DNA of 64,000 nucleotides, from NCBI GenBank assembly GCA_965644265.1, contig OZ286475.1, positions 43,834,001 through 43,898,000 of the forward strand, given 5' to 3'. Origin of the DNA: Glycera tridactyla. Taxonomy: Eukaryota. The first letter of the stretch is position 1. Each line of letters opens with the position of its first letter. This document shows positions 25,975 through 37,900 of this stretch, piece by piece. Below the pieces are notes generated by a model that was not told the origin of the DNA, did no database searches, and saw only the letters and a program-made list of their open reading frames with translations. Both the position numbers and the translations under genes were made by a program.

Positions 25975-28900
25975 TTTTTTAGTGATAGAAATCATGTCAG
26001 AGACATATTTCCAGATTGTACTGGCAACAGGTCCATGAAATGTGTTCCAAACGCCCAAATTATCTTTTGGCTTGTATGGGATTTGAACCATCAACCTTCC
26101 AGTTTGGCACCCTCGCCAGCAACAAACACACACACACACACATCCACAAACAAACACACACACACACACATACAAACACACACACAAATATGTATGTATT
26201 CTTATGTAAACTCAATAGTAGAATATATGTTCCACATTTCTGTGAAGGATTGAATAAAATGTACACAATATTCCATACCCGGTATTGCTCTTCAAGCTTG
26301 GTTGGCACCCCAGATTTTGGCGACTCTCTTAGGTGCTTCAAGTCTTTGTGGATGGTTTTGCTGTCCAAGAGTGTGTCAACACTCAGTGCCGCTTCCAACA
26401 ACACATCAAATATGAATCCATATAGTCCCTGGAATGAGGGAAATGGGAAACATCATGAGATTAGAGAAAATAAAGCACATAAACTTTCGCATAGGTCATG
26501 TAATTCTCAGATTTTTGTCTACATATTGCTATTCGAAAATGTATGACAGATCCAGAAAAAAGTAACTCGAAGAACAGACCAAGCTTAGGTGAGGCCTGAA
26601 ATAACAAATAGTGAGATGGCTTCATTCTCAACTTGAGATAAGCTGTAATAGTGATCCCCAGGAACGCATATTTAACAGTAATGTTCCAGATCCATTACAG
26701 TAATGAGTAGTGTACATAGATACATATCCTCTATTTGGGAAAGAAATATTTTGTAGCTACTGAAGCCATTTTTGAAGACTTCTCACCACCGTAGTGCGTA
26801 TCCATGGTCAAATGAACCTCTCGGACTGGAACCGTGGATTTCCTACATACGTGGTATCCATGGTGATAGAGTGATAGATATCATGTCAGTTTTTGTGGTA
26901 GTGGCGTTGGCAATGGTGGTGACGGTAGTTTGGTTGCTCTATTAGTAATAGTAGTGGAATTTCTCGTGATAGTACAGCAACTACTACCAATAGTAGTATA
27001 GCAGTCAGAGCAGTGGTTGATGGAGTAAACATGATATTAGTGGTTGTGGTGCATTGTAGTTGTGATGGTGGTGCTAGGAGCAGTCATGATCATCATAACT
27101 ATCGCTGTCCTGTAGCTACTATCATCAAAACACATGCTTTGGTGTTAAGATTTGGTTCTCTGGATCAGTTTTGGAAATACCCACAAGACTATCAACCATA
27201 TTGGCACGATCAGCTCTCATGAGCATGATGTATTGGGGAACATCAACGACACCTTCCTTCCTGCTCTTTTTGAGCTCGTGATTTATTGCAATAAGAGCAC
27301 CTGTACGACCAACACCCGTGCTGCAAGAATGAGTAAAGAAACAAATTTCAAATGTCATCATTAGTTGATGTTATTACCAATGATCTTTGTCAGGCACAAT
27401 ATTAAAAAAACTTATTCTTAATGTGTAGTGATGCACCAGTTTATTCCCACATTTCTAGAGTATGCCACAATCAGAATTTCTTTCTGATCATGTGAACTAC
27501 TACAGCTCTGAGTCAGTGATCTTATTTGATATGTAATGTCTTAATTGGATAGATGACGTGAGTACCCTATTGGTCAATTATAGAAGGAAATCATAATGCT
27601 ACTCAGAGAAGTTTAACAGTCCTGTAACCTGCCATTCAAAAAGTCTGTCAACATGTGGAGTGATATGGTGCCCCGAATAATGCAAGGGAACAGAGTGCAG
27701 ATACCTACATTACATTGATCGTGATATGACCTCGGGTACATACTAGATGAAAACAATCGACTTGTCAAGCATGGACAAAGGTAGGCTAAGAATTTGATGT
27801 GTGAGTATCATATCAACTGCAGATGATGAAATCAGGCTGTGCAAGCAGCAGGAGAAACTGTACACATTTTGCATACCAATGCATTGAAATGAATTTTGGA
27901 TATGCAAGATGATAACAAAACGATGGCGAATGGTATCTACAGGTAGGGGAAGAGTATGGCTAATCTAGTGGGACCTGTGATGCCAAACATGGACAGGGGC
28001 AAAATAACATACTACAAACGTTGGGTCAAATCAGTTGCAGTCGATGGTATCATAGTAATAGGCACCACTCAGAATGAAAATGATAGAGCATAACAGATGG
28101 AAATGCATTGTATGATGCCTCACTGTTTGTATTCCAGTATGTATACCGAAACCACACCAGTAAGGCTTCTAGCAATTCACAAAGTGAACAATTTGTACAT
28201 TGTAATGAGTAATTGCGATATGCACAATCGGTTTATGCAGAGTGATAACATATTTCCCAAATAATATTATGTGAAGTAGCTTAAATATGAGTTATTCATT
28301 GCAGTATATTTCACACTATATGATGTTTTCCAAAATTGCTACTGCGGCCTCGGCACTCCCGGAGGCCGTCGTCGCACCTAGTTGGAAAAAACGCCGATCA
28401 CGGCCCTGATCGGCCCACACTGGGGAGGTACTCCTTACTTTTCTCTCACAACCTTACCAACATGATTTTTAGGAAGAAATGGAATGCAAATGGTTTTTTA
28501 GTGGTATTTTGGTTCTAACAGGGTCGATCTAACCGACTGGAGGACGAACAGCGAGCAGGTGATACAGCTTGGTATAATTATTCAGAAAATGTATTCACAA
28601 AAATTATATTTTATGATCCGTAATCCCATATATTAGAATAATAATATGTTCCTAGGCTTGCAAATAATATTTCAGAATTTTTGATGCATGATGCATGTAT
28701 ATGCCAGTTGAATTTTGAGGGAAACTTGCTGAAAGAAACGAATTCATTCAAAGCCTATATTAGAATCCAGGGCGTAATTCATAATAGGGAGCATAAACAA
28801 ACCGGCAATAGGTGGTCGGCGTGGCTCAAGTGGTTAGAGCGCTGACCTCACACCACTGGGTATGCTAAAAGAGGTAAACGCTGGAGTTGGGGGTTCGATC

Positions 28901-31900
28901 CCTGCTCCTGCTCGGCAGCCTATGTGTGCGTTTCGGAACCGACCACCTGTGTGAACTCTAACACGTAAAAAGGCCTGAGTACATGATGAAATAGTGTGGC
29001 TGGCTATGTGATTCATGAGCGCCTGTCCAATAAGTCTGGAAACCATGGCTTGAGACTATAGGTGGCGCTATAATAAGTTACTACAACAGCTACAAGCACC
29101 ACCCTCTGCCACTGGCACTCCGGATCACACACGCACCAGGAGGAAAAGCCCGTATGCGGCACTAGCCCAGTCCAGAATCCTATCAACGCACTTAAAGCAA
29201 AAAGGAGGGCTTAGTGCACCCTCCGGTGGGCCCTTAGGGGCCCGGCCTTAATTGGCAAACCTTACATTATTATTAAACCGGCAATCGGCTATGTTTGTCA
29301 CGCGCACGGAAATAGCCGAGTGGGGGGTGTTTGATCACTTTCAGCTGTGGTCGTGAGAGAAATTGATACACACCTGCAATGGACCAGGAGAGGTCCTGTG
29401 CCTGGCTTGTCTTCAGCTAATATCCTCGAATGGAATTCCAATAAACTTGAAGAAGAGGTTGGTATAGTATCATGGGGCCATGCTGTGAACTGAAAGTGTC
29501 TTAGTCGACGAACCTGTCCCTGTAATAGCAGTAGTGAACGTTTGATGAATATATAACTTGGTGGAATTGTGTCAGGGATTTTACTCTGTTGATTTTCTAC
29601 AATACATCAAATGGCAAATGTAACTTCAGTCATTGCTGACTGATAGTGATGCGGTTGCTTTTGATGCCTCAAGTCTTTATTCTCATTCGAATGACCGCAG
29701 AGTTAGAGTTCACTTGAAGATCATGCAAAAATCACACTGAAACGGTCATCTCTCAAATATCAGTTCTGTCTTTGGTTAGAATGTTGATACTACATCTCAC
29801 ATTCAGTTGGGGAAATAGTGTAATGATCCTTCATAATGTCAAAGGCCACAGAACAACGACAATTGACCCAGATATTAGTACTGTAGGTTGGCCGGAGTGA
29901 GTCATGGGGGCTGGTCATATCTTTATAGCAACAAGGTCACTGCAAATGCCTTCCTTCTGAGATGATACATGCATTCACCAGCAATTCTTATATCATGTTT
30001 GCCATGAAAAATCTGAATTTGATGCACTGGGTTTTCAGGTAACACATAGAGAAAAATCATCATTCAGCCAGCTGAATAAGGTATAATTTCCATCCCACAG
30101 TCCCCAGATGGTCAATATATGACACATAGCTCAGTTTTGCAAGGTTAAGTTCTCTAGTTGTTGTTGTTATATGTTTTTATTCAAGAAAGACATGGACCCA
30201 GGGGTCAGGTTACATGCTTTCATGGTCATTATGTTATAACAACACTAAGAACAAATAATAACTGAACAAGGAACAAGGATTATGTGATGATGAGGGTCTT
30301 TCTAGTTTGAATGATCTGCAAACAGGTTTAGTGCTACATGAATCCAATCCATCTGGTTGTAGAGAGATTATACTGAACATAATCCACACAAATTTCTATG
30401 AAAACACTATAGGCGGATTCTATAAATCACTATGAGAGTACCCATCCCTTCTCAAGCATACATACCCATATATCTTCCTCGTTGATACTACATGCACACA
30501 TCAGCTGGCCGCTGATGGTCACACTCACTACTAGCCCTTCCTGTTGTTTGTGATTATAAAATTTAGGGACTGATACCAACAGTGATCGTCCCTTCCCCCT
30601 ACCTTACCCTGTAAATGACCTGGAATACTGCACACTGGCATTGCAAAAATTGGTATAGGCCATCTAAACATTAGGAGCATAATACATGAATAGGATGAAA
30701 TAACCATACTTCACCCACAGAGTGGCTTAGGTGTACTTGTGCTAACTGAATCCTTTCTAAATTCTTCAATTTCGGATGCAGAACTACAGATAACGTAATT
30801 TTGTAGAAAAATTGATTTTTGTGACGAAAGATAGGATAGTTATTTAGAGTAAGGGAAAAGCGTATAGCAGATTTATACTCGAGATGGCAGCAGTGAATAA
30901 TAATTAATTATTTTCATTTTGAGAATAGAAAGGATTTGAGGAGAAGAAGGATAATATGAATGTATTGATAATGATTGTATATGATTATGTTTAATAAGAA
31001 AAAGATTCTTATTTCAGAAGTTTGATTGGAATGTAGAGGGCTCAGCAATCGCAGTATATAAGCGGTGAGCGTGAGTCACTAGCTGACAACAAGGTATAGA
31101 CGGCGGTTGAGAGATTGTTTGTGTCGGTTTTTAAGGCGGGAAAAATGGATTACCTGTCACATTCCTATGAACCGTTGAGTCAATGGCTGGGTAGAAAAGT
31201 TAAGTTAGCGGTGCTCGGACACTCATTTACAAGAAGACAGGATGAGGATATGTTAGATGAAATAAGCAAAATGGGGAGTTATAATCAAGTCATGTCTGGA
31301 GAATTGCACAGAGGTAGGGTAAACGCAGGATTATTATGGGTGGATGACTTCGTGGACGTAGTAAATTTTCGGACATGTCCTTCCATAAAAACTTACGGGA
31401 AACAGGACAAAATTGAGTTGGAGTTTTTAGCTGTATCTGCTCTCAAACCAGACGTGCTGATAATTGACTTGGCTAGCAATGATTTGGTTAGAGAAGACGC
31501 AAAGCCAAGGGAACTTGCAGTATATTTGTTTGAATTAGGGGTCAATTTTAGGCTGGAAGGTATAGACATGGTAGTGTTTATGTCATGTCTGGATAGAATG
31601 GTGGGACCAACGGATCTCGGAAAAAGAGCCAGGTTATTCAATGATAAGTTGAAACAATGCTGTAATTATTCAAAAATTGGAATAGCATTACATGAAACAA
31701 GAGGTTTTGGCAGTCTGGAAGAGGAAGAAGAGTCAAAGGTACATTTATGGAGCAAGGGCGGGATTCACCCGTACCGATATAGCAAATATTTTCATAAATA
31801 TAGGTTAGAGATGAGGAAAGCGATGATGAAAGGAATAGTGGGACTAGGACATGTGCTTGTCCATGACAAATATCAGAGTTAGTCATTCGAGAATGGGCAT

Positions 31901-34900
31901 GGATTCATTGTATACATATGCATGTTGCTTAATATTTGTGGCTGTGCTTTGTAACATATGCTTTCAGATGAGTTGTAAAAGAAAGCAGGCCAAAGCGCAA
32001 GGAGATAGCAAGAGAAGGAAGGAGGAGAATCAGCAAGGTGATGTCAATGTGCATGTGTTTGTCAACCTATTAGAACCTGCAGGTTCGCAGGTTTGTGAAC
32101 CACAGGTGGGGTTACCATATGAGCATTCAAGTAGAAGCCAACAAGCTAGTCATGTTCAGATGACACAATCGGAAAAAGATAATAATGTTGTGCTTAGTAT
32201 GGGAGAAAGAATTGATCGTTTGAGGAAGCATGCAGCTGATGCTTGTTCGATACGAGCTAGAACATTTCCTGAAGGAAGTGGAGGTTTCACACAGAGTAGA
32301 AACGCACCTAATTATGCTCAAAATCAATCATTTCATCAATCATACCCATCACATCACACACAACATGCCCCAAGTGAGGTTCCTGTCCAGAATGATGTTT
32401 CAGGATTATGGAGTGAATTGCAGTCTTCATTTAACACAGCGATGAGACAAATGGACAACTTGGTTATGGAGATGGCTACTAAACAGAGTAAAATTAACAG
32501 CCTTGCGGATTTGCCGGGTAGACAGAAAGAATTTACTCAAAGTGCTCCATTTGAAGTCATCAATAATCAAGGTATGCATGATACGAGGCAGTATATTGTT
32601 GGGGATAGTGAAGAAGAGGAGGAGTATGGTTGGGTTGAACAGACAGATAACACACAGAAGACTGACAGAACGGACAATTTACGAACAAACAGAAACTTAC
32701 ATGAAACAGACAATACGTACAGACTATGGGTGAGTGATCAGGATCGAGGAGGAGAGGTGAAAGCGAGCAGCATGTCAAGGGGTAACTTTTTGTATAACAC
32801 GTTCAGTGAACCAAGCTCACAATTGAGAAACTCAATTTCGGGACAGGTGGGTCAATGGTCTGATAGTAATAATACGACACTAGGGGATATCTAAGAATCA
32901 TTGAGAGCAAATGTAAATGCTAAGAATCAAGCAAGTGTGTCCATGTACAACAACGCAGCAGCAGCAGCAGGCATAAGAGATTTTAATAATTGTCAAAGCA
33001 AAAGTAATAAGATATCACCGTTCAAACCAATGCAACAATATAATTTTTTGGGAAATAACTCTTCAGGGAAATGACAATAAAGGTAGTAACTTCACGCAGA
33101 TGTCACAAGGGTATAACCCAAATAATCAGCAACCGTTTGTAGGAAATCATATGCAAAGTCAACCTTTGAACATGCTAAATAATGTAAATCTCAACCACGT
33201 AAGTAGTCAGAATATGTGCCAAAATGGTGGGGATTTCAACAGACAATTAATAGGAAGTGGTCCCCCTACAAACATAACATTGAGTGATCTGGCAATGAGA
33301 AGTCTCATATCTGGCGGTATGCCAATAGGTTACAAGGTTGAGTTAAATATTAAAATAGATATTTGGCAAGATAAATATGTAGAATTATCTGAACTTTTAA
33401 AACCAACTAGATCAGATCAGCAACATTATGTAGTAGACGGAAGAACTGGAGAGTTTGTCTTAGCAAGGAAGAAAAGGTACATAAACACACTCAAAGATTG
33501 GAAAGAGGCTTTACTAGTATATATGGCCATATATAATCAAAACCCGGTAAAACATCCCATGCAGAAGGCTAAGGACGGAGAGGATTTGTTGACATACATC
33601 AAGGAGGTGAGAGGAATAGCATACAATGGAGGCAATTTTAAATTATATGAAGAAGAATTTCGTTCGCAGAGGGCATGTTTATTGGTCCCATATCCTTGGA
33701 GCGCATATCATGCACAATTACATCAAGAAGCTTCGAGACCAGTACCAAGAATAGGAAACAAATATCAAGGGGGATGGAATTCCAACAACAACACAACAGG
33801 TTTCAGTGAGAATGTAAAAATGCACAAAGGGTGTTGTTCTTCATTTTTAACACCAGGTAGAAGATGTGTTCTGAGTAAATGCATATTTAAACATGAATGT
33901 CCGGTATGTCATTTAAAGCACCCCTTATTTATGTGCAGGAACTTTACCAACACAAGAAACACAAACCAAAACGCTGCTAGAACAGGACAGGGAGTTAAAA
34001 GAAAGTCTGCTTCATCCAGCGACACCGGTAGATCACCAGAAGCTATGTGAGTGGTTATATGGATATGAAGAATCAGAAAGATATTATCTATCTGAAGGTT
34101 TCAGAAGAGGTTTTGATATAGGTTTCGTAGGAGCATCACCAGCATACTGAGCTAGGAACTCAGAAACTATAAATTTGCAGTTTAGTGAAGCCCGAGATTT
34201 AATCATGGCAGACGTGAAGCAAGGGAGAATAGCAGGACCATTTAAGGAGGTTCCCTTCAACAATTTTCACATATCACCAATTTCAGTGGTTCCAAAAAGG
34301 GAAGAAGGAAAATTTAGGCTCATTCATAATTTATCATCTCCTTACAACCAATCATCTATTAACTTCAATATTCCGGATAGGGAGGCATCGGTAACGTATA
34401 TGACAGTGGACGATGTAATAAAACACGTTTTATATATAGGAAAATCTTCATATCTGTGTAAAGTTGGTATAAAATCAGCCTTCAGAATAGTGCCCGTTCA
34501 ACCAGAGCAATTTCACTTATTAGGATTGAGATTAGGTGATATCTTCTTCGTGAATAAATGTTTGGCCATGGGAGGGAGATCATCATGCAGGATTTTTGAA
34601 TGGTTTTCCACGGCTATTCAATGGATCACAAACAACAAGTTGGGTATCCCTTTCATGGCTCATATGATTGATGATTTTAGTATAGCAGCAGAAGGGGAGG
34701 CAGAATGTTTGAGGCAATTGAATGTATTTAAACAATTCTGTAAGGAAGTAGGAGTGCCACTTTGTCCTCGAAAAACAGTTTTACCTCGTCAGATTATGGA
34801 TTTCCTAGGCATAGAAATAAATGTGAGAGAGGGGTATGCCAAAATACCTAAGGAGAAATCAAATAAATATGCTCTACAAATTTCAGATATTTTGGAGGCA

Positions 34901-37900
34901 GGGAGATGTTTATTTGGAGACATGAGATCGTTAGTGGGTAAACTCAATTGGTGCGCTTCGCTCATATCAGTGGGAAAATCCTTTCTCAGGGGACTGATCA
35001 GTAGCTCAAAAGGATTGAAAAACCCAGTTCACATGGTTAATTTTTCCGAGAATGTTAAAGAGGATTTGGAGATGTGGATGGTATTCCTTAGGGAATATAA
35101 TGGGTACTCATATCTACGAGATAGAACACTGCAAAAAATGGAAACTCTTTATGTCTTTTCGGATGCATGTAAAACAGGTGCAGCGGTAGTCTTTGGAAAC
35201 CCATGGTTTTTTATAGGATATGATGAGAAGAGGTCAAAAATGAACATTGCAACGTTGGAATTTTTTCCTATCTTGGTGGTGGTAGTGACATTTGGGCTGG
35301 CATTCAGAAATAGGAAAGTCGCGTTTCACTGCGACAACAAGGCAGTTGTAGATGTACTCAGTAGAAGGAGAGGAAAAGACGTAGATTTGGTAAAAATTCT
35401 CAAAAGAATAATGCATCTATCACTACATAATGATGTGGAGATCAATTGTGAACATATTCAAGGTGTTAAAAATGTCATTGCTGATCAATTATCACGGGGT
35501 CAGTTGGGACAGGAACTTCTGTAACAGAATGGGATGGCTATATATCCAGTACCGGTTCTGCAGCAATATCTCCCGGAGAACTATGGTCTTTAGTAAACAG
35601 GTTGGTTGAAGGGTCATTTGCTGAAACGACAAACAAACAATACGACCTTTCATGGCAAGAATTTCAAGAGTTTATCTGGGAAGATTCGTTAGCAATATGT
35701 CACGAAACACTATGTTTATATGTAGCGTCTTTGTTGAAGGAAGGTTTCAAAGTTTCATCAGTGAGAACAAAATTGTCAGGTATTTCTCATGGCCTAAAAA
35801 TAAGAGATAGTCAAGATATATGCAAGCATTATATCATAAATAGGATGCTAATTGGAGCAGGGAAAAATGATGAGCAAGGTGATAAAAGGATAGGTATAAG
35901 ATGTTAAGACAATTAGTACAGGCATATCCGATAGTCACAAGTGATAACACAGAAATCATCATGTTCAAAACTCTCTTTGTATGGGCGTATACAGCATGCA
36001 TGCGAGTATCTGAATACGCCAAATCAGGAAAAGCTGACCACACGCTGACAATGAACGATTTACAAGTAGCGATGTGTGGAGAGGAGGTGGAAGCATTTCA
36101 AGTCAATTTCAGAACGTTTAAGTGTTCGCATGGAGAAAGGCGGTTTGTAATTACAAAGCGTGAGGGTGACATCTTGTGCCTGGTAGCTAGAATGGTGGAG
36201 TGGTTGAACGATACAGGGCAGGGTTCAGGACCGCTTTTTCGATATAAAGGCAATGCGGTGACAGCGAAGCTAGTCAATGAGAAGCTAAAGAAAATAGTTA
36301 GGTTTGTGTTAGGGAATGAAATAGCAAATAGGGTTTCTAGTCACTCGTTTAGGATAGGTAGGTGCACCGATTGGGTTGAACAAGGGTTCACGGGACAGCA
36401 AATAAAATTAAAGGGTAGATGGGCATCAAATGCATTCAAGTCCTATGTTAGGTCCCCTGCAGTCCCCTTGTAGTGGGCTGCTTAATTGCTATGTATTAGT
36501 GGGGTAGCGCGGCCATCTTTAAATTTCTAAAATACAGATAGTGTCAACATTGTCAATACATCGTTCACATAGTCACAACTTCGTTCACCATGAACTGTCG
36601 TGGCAATGCCACATGTCGGACATATCATGTCCCTGTCGTTACCAAGGCTGCTAGCTGGTTAGCCATTTTTTCACAGGAATAATTTGTGAGAAAGTGGGTA
36701 GACAGTTAATATCTTTGTAACGCCACGTTTTTGAACATGTGACGTTTGTTAGAATAACATGAACAATATAGGGATTTCTGGTAGCGGAATTCGCGGAATT
36801 CCTCTTTTGAGGCCCGCGGCACTAGTTTAACGCTACTAGATTGATAATTATTTCTTCCTACTCCAGAAGCATGAGATAGTTTCACTTCTATTAGTTGAAA
36901 ACAGTTGCAATCCTGTTAGTTTTCTAATATTAGTAGTTTCACCTATCTGGTTGTTGGTGTGGCAACTAGAGTTCGAGTTACACGCAGTGTACTCGCCGTT
37001 CGCGGCGGGTGCCCAGCTTGCAGTGTTTTTAGGGTGAAACAGTAAAAATGCGATATCTCCATGAATAATGGACGTAGGAAGACCATATTTTTACACGATA
37101 CGTATCTGTATTAGGGCTAAAGATATCCCGAAGATGGGAAGTGTATCTTTCGAGGCAAAATTGTTAGTCGGACGGTTTTTTGCCAACATAGTTGATCACA
37201 CAGTATAGTGAGCGACTCCCTGAGCAGGAGGAGCTCGGAGTCGCGCAGGAGGAAAGTGATCTGCAATGTACATGCAATGTACATGTTTTCTCAGAAAATC
37301 TTCTGTAATTGATCTAGAAAAGTCTCGAGCGAATACTTTCGAGGTAGCTGACTCGAGGAGCTTGACATCGCTTCTCCCGCTCTTTTTTCCCGCTCTTTGC
37401 TGGCTCTTCAGGACGGATACATAAAAGTATTCCAGACAGGAGTTCTGGCACTTGGAAATTCTGTCCTGAAGAGTACGCACCGGAGCTGAGGGAGTCGGGA
37501 GCAGGGAACATCTTGCTTCTCCAGTATCGCTGCACTGGAATAGAAACAATGGACTCCACTACATCATCCTGAGCTCTACTACATCCAGTAAGTGTTCATG
37601 AGATTTAGAACCGTTTTAGGATCCTTTTAGGAGGCTTTATTAGGAGTCATTTTCCCCATTTGCCCAAATGGCCATTTTTAGTATCATGCCATTTCATGTC
37701 ATCGGATCTTCTGTGTTTTGTATTGAATGTACCGTCTTTCGAGCATACGTGGTCAAAATCTAGAATTTGCATGTTTTTGGATGATTTTGGATCATTTTGG
37801 ATGATAGGATTTTGTTCCATAAATGCCGTCCTGATCCAAACAACTAGCTGATAATTCTCGCGGATATTGGTAGTTCTATCTGTTTCTGTTAATTCCCTGT

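Larger units (their letters stand above)
30800..36520 (+). mobile_element. Tyrosine-recombinase retrotransposon (DIRS order, Ngaro/PAT-like), decayed, with 5' SGNH ORF
   Basis: Co-oriented, abutting or overlapping ORFs: SGNH, ORF1/gag, RT-RNase H, YR. Boundaries are approximate; no terminal repeats were found by eye. Confidence 0.9.

Noticed and set aside
28814-28905. tRNA gene
   Set aside because: The A and B boxes are about 60 nt apart with no clean cloverleaf, and the sequence continues into a SINE body and LINE-like tail.
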